64,000 bases of DNA from Terrimicrobiaceae bacterium (GTDB taxonomy: Bacteria; Verrucomicrobiota; Verrucomicrobiia; Chthoniobacterales; Terrimicrobiaceae), in the NCBI GenBank assembly GCA_041752695.1, contig JBGSVZ010000062.1, positions 53,456-117,455 on the forward strand, written 5' to 3'. The notes beneath the pieces were generated by a model that ran no database searches, was not told where the DNA came from, and saw only the letters and a list, made by a program, of their open reading frames with translations. Every line of letters begins with the position of its first letter. Positions within the stretch are counted from its first letter, which is position 1. Position numbers and translations under genes: made by a program. Of the stretch, positions 49,331-59,208 are shown piece after piece.

Positions 49331-50314
49331 TTCCGCTGGGATTCCCAGGCCATCGAAAGCCTCCCCCCCGCGCAGGCGATTGGAGTGAACGGGATCGGGC
49401 TCCCAGACAAAGACCCCGTCGCGATGCTCGCGGCAGAGCGCCTTGAAGAGGCGAGGGGCGTCCCGTTTTTGCAGCATTTTGTCGGTGAGACCATCGGCCC
49501 CGCAACTGAGAATCTGGCAATGTCCCTTGAAGACGCGGGGGTGTCCGATCAAACGCTCCGCGTTCCGGGGCCAGGGGTTTTCGGCGGTCCTCGAGGTGGC
49601 GATAAAACTCAAGGGCAGCGAGCGGAGGTCGATTTCCAACTTGAGTGAAAATTCCCGCCAGAAGGGCGACTGAAAAATCTCCCCCGGGGGAGAGGCGAAA
49701 AAATGGCACCAGTGCTGTTCCTGGTGGTTCATCGGGCAGGTGGCTTGGTGGGTGCAGGGCGAGATGGTCCGGTGGCCGTGCTGCTGGAGCACGTCGCGGG
49801 CGGCGGTCAAACGACGGCTGGCGATGTGCGAGCCGGGTTCAACCCAAACAATCTCTGCCGCGCCTGCCGCAAATTCGGCGAGTCTGGACAGTTCGCTCTC
49901 GCTTAGTTCGCCAGCGACATGACTGATGAGGAGGAGGGTGTCGTCCGGCATCTCGTCCGCCCTCGCCAGGGTGGCGGCGAGCCCAAGGGAGCGCAATTTT
50001 TCGAGGGCAAACTTCATGGCGGCGGGTGAGTGGTCAAAGACCTGTACCTCGCGAATTCCGGCCCAGTCTGCCACGGCGCGCGTGGCGATGCCCGTGCCGC
50101 AGCCCCAATCGAGCAGGCGTGTGGACGCTGGGCGCCATCCCGTCTCGGCGATCTTTCGCAAGGCCCCGTCCCATTTCCAGCCGATGCGTTGGGCGAACGT
50201 GGCGTCGTAAAGTTCGAGGTCGCGCGCAGTCCAATATTCCCCGCTCGCATCCGAAAGGAATCGGTCGCGCAGAGCGCGGAGACGCTGCCAGTCGGCGGCG
50301 GAAAATTCGCTCAT
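49325..50314 (-). CDS. Rsm22-like SAM-dependent methyltransferase
   Basis: LLDWGCGTG, WVEPG, SPCTHQATCPM, WCHF. Confidence 0.8.
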   Translation of the reverse strand: MSEFSAADWQRLRALRDRFLSDASGEYWTARDLELYDATFAQRIGWKWDGALRKIAETGWRPASTRLLDWGCGTGIATRAVADWAGIREVQVFDHSPAAMKFALEKLRSLGLAATLARADEMPDDTLLLISHVAGELSESELSRLAEFAAGAAEIVWVEPGSHIASRRLTAARDVLQQHGHRTISPCTHQATCPMNHQEQHWCHFFASPPGEIFQSPFWREFSLKLEIDLRSLPLSFIATSRTAENPWPRNAERLIGHPRVFKGHCQILSCGADGLTDKMLQKRDAPRLFKALCREHRDGVFVWEPDPVHSNRLRGGEAFDGLGIPAEL

Positions 50315-51699
50315 CGATATTCCAGAAGGATGCGTTCCAGTTCGCGAATGGCCTTGGGATCGGAGAACGACCCATGGCCGCCTGGGGCGATGACTTCGCT
50401 TTGGGCGGATGCGAGGTGGGCGCTGGCGTAGGGGACGACGCCATCCGAACTGTTGGGCGAATCGCCGCGTCCGCGGTCTCCAAGCACGGTATGATGCGGC
50501 ACGGAGGGCGGGCGCCGGTCGAGGGCCTGGAGGAAGGGTGAACGCGGAGATAGTCCCTGAATGCTGGTCGGCATGCGTCCGCGTCCGCCCGGGACGATGA
50601 ACTTGGCGAACTCTTCGAGTTCGTTGGTGATGTTGGAAGGCAGGCGGATGAGCTGCATGCCAATGCCGGCGATGCCGGTGAGGGCAAGGCGGCTTCCGCG
50701 ATGCGGCGTGTTCATAAAGACCACGCGTCCCACATCGGGCCGGGCTTCAAAGATCATGGCGCGATGCGCCGTGCTGGAGGAGGGTACCCTCGCCAGCCAC
50801 GGAACGGCAGCCACCGCCTCGGCTTGGGTAATTTTTGAGACCTGCGCTCGGGAAAGAATGCCGCCCATGCTATGCCCGACGAGGACAAGGGGTTTGGTGA
50901 CCCGGTGGCGTTGCACCGCGGCGTCGAGCGCTTCGCGGAATTGCAAGGCGGAGAGGGGCACCGGCTGTCCGGTGGGATAATAAAAAAACCAAAACTGGTA
51001 GCGATCCCGGATTTCTTTGACCGCGGTGAGTTGTTTGATGACCGGCACCCACATGCGAGGAGTGGACATGAGCCCGTGCACGAAAACGATCGGGGTCTTG
51101 CGGGCGTCGTAGGGAGCGAGGAACGCGAGTTGCGCCGGAGCGGAGAACCAGTCCGAGCGGAGAAGATACCGGATGCCGTCGCCGAAGCGGGGTCCGGCCG
51201 CCTGCGCCGCATCAATGGGCGCTTCGAGGTTCATGGCGACAGGCAGTTTTTCCCCCTCGACGGTGACCTCCTTGATTTTTTCGGGTTCGGCGAGACGGAG
51301 TTCGTATTTGTCCTTGGCCGGCAGCACCAGGGCCGTGAGAGGCAGCTTGAACCCCGCCCGTGGGGTGTTGGGATCGCCCGATTTTTCGCGGGAGATCACC
51401 CCGACGATCGGAAGTCCGCAGCCCGCACGGTGGAGGCCGGACACGGTCGCTCGCGAATGGCGGATGGTTTCCACGTCGGACAATTGCGCGGGCGTGAGGT
51501 AGCCGGGCTTTGGCGGGACGGGCGACTCCAGCAAGTCGGGGAGCATGGCGGTCGCTGCCTTCCGGTAGGCCGCCTGGGCGCGGGCATCGGAAGGGTTGTT
51601 ACGCAGGGCGGCGAGGGCCCGGTCGAGCTTTGGGCCTTCAGGCGTCTGGCATCCGGCCAGAGCGAGGAGGAGGGTGAGAAAAATGAAGCGGTAACGCAT
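50311..51699 (-). CDS. Alpha/beta hydrolase lipoprotein (esterase/lipase)
   Basis: Lipobox LAGC; VFVHGLMS, GHSMGG, TPHRGS, SDGVVPYASAH. Confidence 0.88.
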   Translation of the reverse strand: MRYRFIFLTLLLALAGCQTPEGPKLDRALAALRNNPSDARAQAAYRKAATAMLPDLLESPVPPKPGYLTPAQLSDVETIRHSRATVSGLHRAGCGLPIVGVISREKSGDPNTPRAGFKLPLTALVLPAKDKYELRLAEPEKIKEVTVEGEKLPVAMNLEAPIDAAQAAGPRFGDGIRYLLRSDWFSAPAQLAFLAPYDARKTPIVFVHGLMSTPRMWVPVIKQLTAVKEIRDRYQFWFFYYPTGQPVPLSALQFREALDAAVQRHRVTKPLVLVGHSMGGILSRAQVSKITQAEAVAAVPWLARVPSSSTAHRAMIFEARPDVGRVVFMNTPHRGSRLALTGIAGIGMQLIRLPSNITNELEEFAKFIVPGGRGRMPTSIQGLSPRSPFLQALDRRPPSVPHHTVLGDRGRGDSPNSSDGVVPYASAHLASAQSEVIAPGGHGSFSDPKAIRELERILLEYR

Positions 51700-51763
51700 G
51701 GCCGCGTTAGTGATTCCAGTTTTTCTGCGAGGGTGCAAGAGTTGGCACCGTCCAAGGCTCGGC

Positions 51764-52492
51764 CTAAACGTAAATCTGCGCCATGCGCCGCCAGTAGAAC
51801 CCGCTGTGGGCGCGTTCGTCCCAATGGTGAATCTGATGCGAGACCCCCTTGCCCCGCAGGATGTCGCTGAGATTTTCGTTGTTGTCGCGGAAGGGATCTT
51901 CTTTTCCGATGGTGAGGACGATATCCATGGCGCGGATGTGGCCGAGGATCTCGGGGCAGTGGAGGTTCGGCAGAAAATGCGTGGGCGTGTTGTAGTAAAT
52001 GTTCTCGCTGTAGTGTCCGTCGAAGAGCCCGTTAAAATGTTCGACTCCCTGGGTGAGATCGTAGCGCCCGGAAAAGGCGGCGAGTTTTTGGAAGAGGTGG
52101 GGGTGCCGGAAGGCGATGTTGGCGGCGTGAAAAGCCCCCAGGCTGCACCCATGGGCAATCACACAGGGGTGGGGGTTTTTTGCCGTCATGAACGGAAACA
52201 CCTCGTTCAGGATGTATTCCTCATATTGCAGATACCGTTGGATGCGCCCCTCGGGGTGTGCCCACCAGCAATAAAAACTCTCGGAATCAATGCCATCCAC
52301 GCAAAAGAGCTGAAGGACACCATTCTCCAGCTTTTCCCGAAGAATGGCGGGCATGCGGAGGTTTTCGTATTCGTAAAAACGTCCGCCCCGGGTCGGGAAA
52401 ACGAGGACCTTCGCGCCGGCGTGCCCGATCACGAGCAACTCCATGTCACGATTTAAACGCCAACTCCACCATTTGTGATATTCCCGATTCAC
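51764..52492 (-). CDS. Esterase family protein
   Basis: GHAG..VLVFPT, GCSLGAFHA nucleophile elbow, SGRYD, C-terminal H..YWRRM. Confidence 0.88.
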   Translation of the reverse strand: MNREYHKWWSWRLNRDMELLVIGHAGAKVLVFPTRGGRFYEYENLRMPAILREKLENGVLQLFCVDGIDSESFYCWWAHPEGRIQRYLQYEEYILNEVFPFMTAKNPHPCVIAHGCSLGAFHAANIAFRHPHLFQKLAAFSGRYDLTQGVEHFNGLFDGHYSENIYYNTPTHFLPNLHCPEILGHIRAMDIVLTIGKEDPFRDNNENLSDILRGKGVSHQIHHWDERAHSGFYWRRMAQIYV

Positions 52493-52583
52493 AACCCCTG
52501 TTTCCTTGCATGCAACGCACTATGGCGTCAGGCAAGAAATTTCGACGTTTTCGTCGCAATTGTCCCAAGGGGACGGTGGGAGT

Positions 52584-53651
52584 CTATTCGCGCAGCCGCT
52601 CGATCGCCGCTTGCAAGTCGGCTTCCGTGACGTCGTGGGAAAGAAAGGCGCTGCCGAACTTCTCGGTGAGGACGAAGCGGATGGCGCCGGCGTCGAATTT
52701 TTTATCGAGGCGCAGGGCGGCCATCAGGCTGGCGGTGGGGAGGTCGGAGGGCAGGGTCACGGGAAGTTTAAACGCTTTGAGGAGCGCCACCGCGCGGGCG
52801 GCTTCCGCGGGGTCGAGTCCCGCCTTTTCCACGGAAAGAGCGAGGGCGGCGACCAGGCCGAGGCTGATGGCTTCCCCGTGGAGATAGCGGCCATAACCCG
52901 CGGTGTTTTCGATGGCGTGGCCGATGGTATGGCCGAAGTTGAGCAGCGCCCGCACGCCGAGTTTTTCATATTCGTCTTCGGCGACGATGCGCGCTTTGAT
53001 TTTGACATTGCGCGCAATCAGGGTAGGCAGGTCCTGGACATCCTTTAACTCGTCCAGCATGGCCGCATCGCGGATGATGGCGTGTTTGATGATTTCGGCG
53101 ACCCCTTCGTTGAACTCCCGTTTCGGCAGGGTTTCGAGGGCGGAGGCGTCGGTGACAACAATGGCGGGCTGGTGGAACGCCCCGATGAGATTTTTGCCGG
53201 CGCTGGCATTGACTCCGGTCTTGCCGCCGATCGAGCTGTCCACCTGTGCCACGACGCTGGTGGGAATCTGCGCGTGCGGGATGCCTCGGTAATAAATGGA
53301 AGCGACAAATCCCGCGAGGTCACCCACCACCCCGCCGCCGAGGGCGGCGACGAAGGCTCCGCGGTCGAGTCCGGCTTCGATCATGGCGGCGCAGACTTTT
53401 TCGACCTCGGGCAGGGATTTTGAGGTTTCTCCGGCGGGAACCGTAATCACGGTGGTCTGCACGCCCGCAGTTTCCAGCGATTCGCGAACGATGTCGGCGT
53501 AGAGCGGGCCGACATTGGTGTCGGTGACCAAAGCACATCGGAGCGAAGGGAGGACCTGGTGAATAAACTCACCGGCCCTTGGCAGGATGCCGTTGCCCAC
53601 AATGACTTCGTAGGGGCGGTTTTTCAGAAGAACGGGGATGCGTGCGGCCAT
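52584..53651 (-). CDS. aroB: 3-dehydroquinate synthase
   Basis: GETSKS, LGGGVVGDLAGF, VDSSIGGKTGVN, LNFGHTIGHAIE, HGEA, DKK. Confidence 0.97.
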   Translation of the reverse strand: MAARIPVLLKNRPYEVIVGNGILPRAGEFIHQVLPSLRCALVTDTNVGPLYADIVRESLETAGVQTTVITVPAGETSKSLPEVEKVCAAMIEAGLDRGAFVAALGGGVVGDLAGFVASIYYRGIPHAQIPTSVVAQVDSSIGGKTGVNASAGKNLIGAFHQPAIVVTDASALETLPKREFNEGVAEIIKHAIIRDAAMLDELKDVQDLPTLIARNVKIKARIVAEDEYEKLGVRALLNFGHTIGHAIENTAGYGRYLHGEAISLGLVAALALSVEKAGLDPAEAARAVALLKAFKLPVTLPSDLPTASLMAALRLDKKFDAGAIRFVLTEKFGSAFLSHDVTEADLQAAIERLRE

Positions 53652-53703
53652 GGGGCAGAGACTTAAGCCTTATGCATAAAGTTGAAAGAGCGAAAGTGAC
53701 ACC

Positions 53704-54948
53704 TTAGATCGGTTCTTCATAGTCGAGGTCTTTGCCGAAGGTTTCCTCCATGCCCCAGAGGGCGAGCAGGGCGATGCCGATGCAGAGGACGCCGACGACA
53801 AAGCCCCCGGGCAGGATCCCAAGATGTTCCTTAAAGTACTGGAATCCCAGGGTGATGGGTACCACTGCACCGCGGACGAAGTTGGGCACGCTGGTTGCCA
53901 CCGTCGCGCGGATATTGGTGCCGAATTGTTCGGCGGCGATGGTCACAAAAATCGCCCAATAGCCGATGCCGATACCGAGCAGGCAGACGATCGTATAGAA
54001 CAAGGCTGGACTGCCTCCCGAGGCTTGAAAATAAACGCACGTGAGGAGAAAGGTGGCGACGAGAAATCCAAGAACCACCTTTTTGCGGGACCGCAGCCGC
54101 TGGCTGATCAGGCCGCTCATGAGATCGCCAATGGTGAGGCCGAGATAAACGAAAAGCACGGCGTAGGAGGCCTTGACCGGGCCGGAGATGTTCAGGGCCC
54201 TGGCAAATTCGGGCGAAAATGTCACCAGCACGCCCACCACAAACCACGAGGGGACACCGATCAGAATACACCGGAGATACTTCAGAAAACGCCGGGCATC
54301 GGTGAAGAGGGCGAGAAAATTTCCCCGGCTGGCCGACGAGGCTTTTTTGAGCTGAACGAACATGCCGGATTCGGCCACGCTGACCCGGAGAGCCAGGAGG
54401 GCGAGCCCGAGTCCGCCGCCGATGAAGTAGGCGATCCGCCAGTCCACCAGATCGGCCACCAGGCCGCCCACGACCGCCCCGAAGACCCCGACGGTGGCGA
54501 CGATGGTAGTGCCGTAACCGCGCAGCTCCTTGGACAGCACTTCTGAGACAAGGGTTATGCTGCCGCCGAGCTCCCCGGCCAGCCCCACGCCCGCGATAAA
54601 GCGCCAGAAGGCATAGGACTCGATGCTGTGAACCATGCCGTTGGCCAGGTTGGCGATCGAATACAGGAGGATCGAGCCGAAGAGAATCTGTACGCGGCCC
54701 CTGCGGTCTCCCCAGACCCCCCAGATCAGCCCGCCGATCAGCATGCCGATCATCTGGAGGTTCAGGAGAAGAATGCCGTGGCTGACCAGTTCCGGGCCGT
54801 CGTAGCCGAGGGATTTGAGGCTGGCGGTGCGGACGATGCTGAACAGGATCAGGTCGTAGATATCCACGAAGTATCCCAGAGCCCCGACGATGACGGCGGG
54901 TTTGGCGAGTTGACGCCAGACGGGAATCGCGGAGGACGGGCTGCTCAT
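53704..54948 (-). CDS. MFS transporter
   Basis: ALGYFVDIYDL, GDRRGR, GLAGELG, AEQFGTNIRAT. Confidence 0.92.
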   Translation of the reverse strand: MSSPSSAIPVWRQLAKPAVIVGALGYFVDIYDLILFSIVRTASLKSLGYDGPELVSHGILLLNLQMIGMLIGGLIWGVWGDRRGRVQILFGSILLYSIANLANGMVHSIESYAFWRFIAGVGLAGELGGSITLVSEVLSKELRGYGTTIVATVGVFGAVVGGLVADLVDWRIAYFIGGGLGLALLALRVSVAESGMFVQLKKASSASRGNFLALFTDARRFLKYLRCILIGVPSWFVVGVLVTFSPEFARALNISGPVKASYAVLFVYLGLTIGDLMSGLISQRLRSRKKVVLGFLVATFLLTCVYFQASGGSPALFYTIVCLLGIGIGYWAIFVTIAAEQFGTNIRATVATSVPNFVRGAVVPITLGFQYFKEHLGILPGGFVVGVLCIGIALLALWGMEETFGKDLDYEEPI

Positions 54949-55093
54949 TGCGCAGCGGTCTGGAAACCACGTTTCCCGGGCGATGAACAGTCTTTTTGTG
55001 GGACCGCCCGTCGGCTCCGGTCCGGAAAGGCAGCCCGTGAAAAAGGGATGGATGTTTTCCCCGGTTTCGGGAAGATGGAGGTTTACCTCTCCT

Positions 55094-56329
55094 TTGGCCA
55101 GACTCAGTAGCAACGCAAAACTCCTTCATAAAGTCGACGCCACGTTTGGGGTGCTCGCCTGCTTTTGCGCGACTGTGCTGCGCCGGACGATGGATCTTTT
55201 TGCCAAACCCGCCCCTAAGGAACCGAAGACGATTCTTTTTCTCAAGCTGGCCGAGCAAGGCTCCACCGTGCTGGCGCACGAGGCGATCCGTCGGGCGGTG
55301 GACAAGGTGGGGGCGAAAAATGTTTATTTCCTCCTGTTCGAGGAAAACCGTTTCATTCTCGACCTGCTGGGCCTCGTGCCGCACGAAAACGTCCTGGCGA
55401 TCCGGACGAAGTCACCGGGGGAAATGATCACGACGTGCCTTGCGTTGCTTTGGAAAATTCGCCGGATGCGGATCGACGCCTGCATCGACATGGAGTTTTT
55501 TGCGCGCTCGACGGCCGCGCTGGCCTGGCTCACCGGCACGCCGATCCGGGTGGGATTTCACACCTATTTTGGGGAGGGGCCGTATCGGGGCGACCTGTTC
55601 ACGCACCGCGTCATTTACAACGCCCACCTCCACGCCAGCCGGACGTTTTCGAGTTTGGTCATGGCGCTGGACAACGATCCGGCGAGATTTCCGACCTTTC
55701 CCGCTGTGCCGCCGCCGGGTGGACCGCCGCCGCCCTTCCAGCCTGCTGCGGCTGAACGTGCGGAGATGGAAAACCTTCTTGCCACCCTCATGCCGGAGGG
55801 CACCAGCCGCCTGGTGCTGCTCAACGCCAACGCGAGCGACCTCCTGCCCCTGCGCCGTTGGGATTCGGCCAACTACATTGCCCTGGCGAAACGCCTCCTC
55901 GCGGAGTTCGGCGATCTTTGCATCGGATTCACCGGCGCCCCTGAGGAGGCCGCGAAAGTGAAGGGCCTGATCGCCGAGGTGGGCTCTGCGCGTTGTTTCG
56001 GCCTTGCCGGGAAAACCACCCTCCGTCAGTTGCTCATCGTCTACGAACTGGCCGACGTGCTGGTGACGAACGACAGCGGCCCCGCGCACTTTGCCACGAT
56101 GACGCAGATTGATGTGGTCGCGTTGTTCGGTCCGGAGACGCCGTTGCTTTTTGGCGCGCCGTCGCCGCGTAACCACGCGTTATGGGCTGGTCTTGCCTGC
56201 AGTCCCTGCGTAAATGCCCTGAACAACCGCCAAACCGCCTGCCGCGATAATGTCTGCATGAAGATGATCACGGTGGACCAGGTCTTCGAAACCGTATGTC
56301 GCGTGTACCTCCAAAGAAAAAAAATCTGA
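55094..56329 (+). CDS. Glycosyltransferase family 9 (heptosyltransferase-like)
   Basis: LRRW, LAGKTTL, VTNDSGPAHFA, ALFGP, CSPC..C....CM; start uncertain (frame open from 54983). Confidence 0.88.
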   Translation: MARLSSNAKLLHKVDATFGVLACFCATVLRRTMDLFAKPAPKEPKTILFLKLAEQGSTVLAHEAIRRAVDKVGAKNVYFLLFEENRFILDLLGLVPHENVLAIRTKSPGEMITTCLALLWKIRRMRIDACIDMEFFARSTAALAWLTGTPIRVGFHTYFGEGPYRGDLFTHRVIYNAHLHASRTFSSLVMALDNDPARFPTFPAVPPPGGPPPPFQPAAAERAEMENLLATLMPEGTSRLVLLNANASDLLPLRRWDSANYIALAKRLLAEFGDLCIGFTGAPEEAAKVKGLIAEVGSARCFGLAGKTTLRQLLIVYELADVLVTNDSGPAHFATMTQIDVVALFGPETPLLFGAPSPRNHALWAGLACSPCVNALNNRQTACRDNVCMKMITVDQVFETVCRVYLQRKKI

Positions 56330-58212
56330 AGCCCGATCCCGTGCCCGCCGTTGCCGTCGAGGTGTCGGCGGGAGGTTGGGAGACGCAGCTGTTTAAGGTT
56401 CTCCTGATCGTTCTGGCGGGGCTCTTTGTTTATGCGCCCACCTTCCACGGGGATTGGTTGTGGGATGATGACCAGGAAATCACGGCTAATGCGGTGCTGC
56501 CCGATCCCAATGGACTTTCCCGCATCTGGATGGGGGAGACGGGCGCGGATTATTTTCCGCTCAAGGCAACGGTGCAGTGGCTTTTTTACCGCGCCTTCGA
56601 GACCAATCGCACGGCGTGGCACCTGCTTAATGTCTCGCTGCATTTGCTGAATGCGCTGCTTTTCTGGAAAGTGCTCTCGCGTCTTGGCCTGCGGCAGGCC
56701 TGGCTCGGGGGACTGCTTTTTGCCGTTCATCCCATCCTTGCCGAGTCGGTCGGTTGGGTCTCCGAATTGAAAAACACGCTGTCGTTGCCGTTTCTGCTGT
56801 TGGCGATGGTGACGTGGATAAACTTCGACGAACGGGGGCGCACCCGGGATTACGTGCTGACCGTGTTGCTCTACGTGGCGGCCATTCTGTGCAAGACCTC
56901 CGTCGTAATGTTTCCATTTGTGCTGCTGCTCTATTGTTGGTGGCGCAGTGTGCAGGCGGATCGCCCTGAGGCGGAGTTCCGGTCGGGGCTGCGGGGAGGT
57001 TTGGTCAAACGCCTGGAGGGGGTCCTGCCGACTGGGCTCTGGCGGGGCATCATGGCCAGCGTGCCGTTTTTTCTCATCTCCCTGGCAATGGGATTGTTGA
57101 CGATTTATTTCCAGCATCAGCGTGCGATTGGCACGGAAACCATTCCGGTTGGGGGAATGCTCTCGCGCACGGCGACGGCGGGAATCTCCATGTGGTTCTA
57201 TCTGTATAAGACGATTCTGCCCGTCGGACTGTTGCCGATTTACCCGCGGTGGGAGGTGGATCCGCCGCCGTTCTGGATGTTCCTCTCCTGGCCGGCCATG
57301 GGCGCGCTGGTTTTCTGGCTCTGGACGAAACGAAAAACCTGGGGCAGCCATGCATTGCTGGGTCTTGGTTTTTTCCTGATCAATCTGTTTCCCATTTTGG
57401 GCTTCATCAAGATGTCCTACATGCGGATCACCTGGGCGGCGGACCATTTTCTCTACCTTCCGGCGTTGGGGCTTTTCGGCTTGGCCGCGGCGGCGGCGGG
57501 CAGCCTCTATGGCAGATCTTCGCGCCCCAATCAGAGTCTGCTGCTGGTTTTCGGCACGGGGATTTTTCTCACGTTAGCCATCCTCGGTCACCGGCATGCG
57601 GGCGTTTTCGCCAACGAGTATGAGATGTGGACTTATACCCTCAAACACAATCCCAATGCGTGGCAGGCCCACAGTCGCCTGGGCAAAGTAATGCTTGAAC
57701 GGGGTGAGAACGATAAGGCCTTTGAACACATCAAAAGATCTGTCGAGCTGCGTCCCGACCTGGCCGAAACCCATAACAACTATGGTGCCATGCTGGAGAA
57801 AAAGGGCGACGTGGAAGGAGCGGTTGAGCAACTCCGCATCGCCGCCCGCATCGCGCCCGACATCGGAATTTACAAGGTTAACTTGGGCAGTCTCCTGGTC
57901 CGGCTGGGCAAATATCAGGAAGGCCGGGAAGTGTACACCGAATTAGTGACAATGGATCCGGGCAACCCGACGTTTCTCTGCAACCTGGGCGTGGCGCAAT
58001 ATTTCCTCGGCGAGAACGATGCGGCGATCGCAAGTTTTCAGCAGGCCCTTCAGATCAGTCCCAATCTCAAGGACGCCCGGGAAAACCTTCAGCAGGCGAT
58101 GCTCAAACGCGAGAAGGGCGGGCAGGCACCTCCACCGCCCGCGGCGACGCCGGTTCCAGCCGGCGGCGGAATTCTGGGAGCAGACTCGGCCATCAAGCTG
58201 TTCGGCAACTGA
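56296..58212 (+). CDS. TMTC-like GT-C membrane protein with C-terminal TPR repeats
   Basis: WLWDD, YFPL, LFAVHP..AESVGWVSELKN, ADHFLYLP, then TPR motifs. Confidence 0.88.
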   Translation: MSRVPPKKKNLKPDPVPAVAVEVSAGGWETQLFKVLLIVLAGLFVYAPTFHGDWLWDDDQEITANAVLPDPNGLSRIWMGETGADYFPLKATVQWLFYRAFETNRTAWHLLNVSLHLLNALLFWKVLSRLGLRQAWLGGLLFAVHPILAESVGWVSELKNTLSLPFLLLAMVTWINFDERGRTRDYVLTVLLYVAAILCKTSVVMFPFVLLLYCWWRSVQADRPEAEFRSGLRGGLVKRLEGVLPTGLWRGIMASVPFFLISLAMGLLTIYFQHQRAIGTETIPVGGMLSRTATAGISMWFYLYKTILPVGLLPIYPRWEVDPPPFWMFLSWPAMGALVFWLWTKRKTWGSHALLGLGFFLINLFPILGFIKMSYMRITWAADHFLYLPALGLFGLAAAAAGSLYGRSSRPNQSLLLVFGTGIFLTLAILGHRHAGVFANEYEMWTYTLKHNPNAWQAHSRLGKVMLERGENDKAFEHIKRSVELRPDLAETHNNYGAMLEKKGDVEGAVEQLRIAARIAPDIGIYKVNLGSLLVRLGKYQEGREVYTELVTMDPGNPTFLCNLGVAQYFLGENDAAIASFQQALQISPNLKDARENLQQAMLKREKGGQAPPPPAATPVPAGGGILGADSAIKLFGN

Positions 58213-58253
58213 GCCTTTTCAGGTGGGTTCCTGAAGACGAAGGCTTCCGGCGT

Positions 58254-59099
58254 TTATTCGTCGGAAAACTTTTCCGCCACCCGGCGAAAATCGTCCTGAA
58301 TCTCGTCGAAAATCCCGGCGAGAGCAGGGTCGAATTGGTGTCCCGCATCCTTTTTGATGATGGCGCACGCTTCTTCGTGGGACATGGGCTTTTTGTAAAC
58401 CCGGCGACTGCGGAGGGCGTCGTAAACGTCGGCGATGGCCATGAGCCGACCGGCCAACGGGATTTGTTCACCGCGCAAGCCTGCCGGGTAGCCGGTGCCA
58501 TCCCAGCGCTCGTGATGGGTGGTAGTGATTTCGTGAGCCAGATGGAGGAAGCTATTGCTGACGCCGAGCTGTTTTTGCGCCTCGGAGATGGCCCGGCCGC
58601 CGAGGGTGGTGTGCTCCTTCATGATCTCAAATTCCTCCTCAGTCAGGGGGCCGGGTTTGAAGAGAATGCGGTCGGGAATGCCGACTTTACCGATGTCGTG
58701 AAGGGGAGCCGTTTTGAAAAGAAGGTTGATGGTCTCGCCGGTAAGTTCTGGAGCAAAGGCGGGAATTTTTCGGGCGGCCTCCGCGAGAATACGGATGTAA
58801 AGCTGGGTGCGGCGGATGTGGGCCCCCGTGTCGGTGTCGCGGGTTTCCGCCAGACCTGCCAGGGCGATGATGGTGGCGTCCTTGATGGATTCCGTTTCTT
58901 TGGACCGTTTGGCAACTTCGGCGTCGAGCTGGTGCTTTTGCCGGGCGAGCTCGGTCAGTGCCTGCTCCAGTTCGGTTGAGCGTTTTGCCAGCACGTCTTG
59001 CAGACGGCGCCGGCTGGCTGCGAGGCACGCCGCAGCGGCGGCGAGAATAAGAACAAGAATGAGGGCGATGGCGGTGGGGGCCGTCTCAGGGAAAATCAC
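58254..59099 (-). CDS. Membrane-anchored HD-GYP phosphodiesterase
   Basis: LHDIGKVGIPD, HHERWDGTGYP, IADVYDAL; N-terminal TM helix and coiled coil. Confidence 0.93.
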   Translation of the reverse strand: MIFPETAPTAIALILVLILAAAAACLAASRRRLQDVLAKRSTELEQALTELARQKHQLDAEVAKRSKETESIKDATIIALAGLAETRDTDTGAHIRRTQLYIRILAEAARKIPAFAPELTGETINLLFKTAPLHDIGKVGIPDRILFKPGPLTEEEFEIMKEHTTLGGRAISEAQKQLGVSNSFLHLAHEITTTHHERWDGTGYPAGLRGEQIPLAGRLMAIADVYDALRSRRVYKKPMSHEEACAIIKKDAGHQFDPALAGIFDEIQDDFRRVAEKFSDE

Positions 59100-59208
59100 A
59101 ATTCCATATTACGTGCATCTGGTGTCTGGGGAAAATGCAAAATTTCCCTTCCCCCCGAAAGGGAGGACGCATTGACATCAGGGCCCGGCACGGATAGCAA
59201 CGGGCGCA

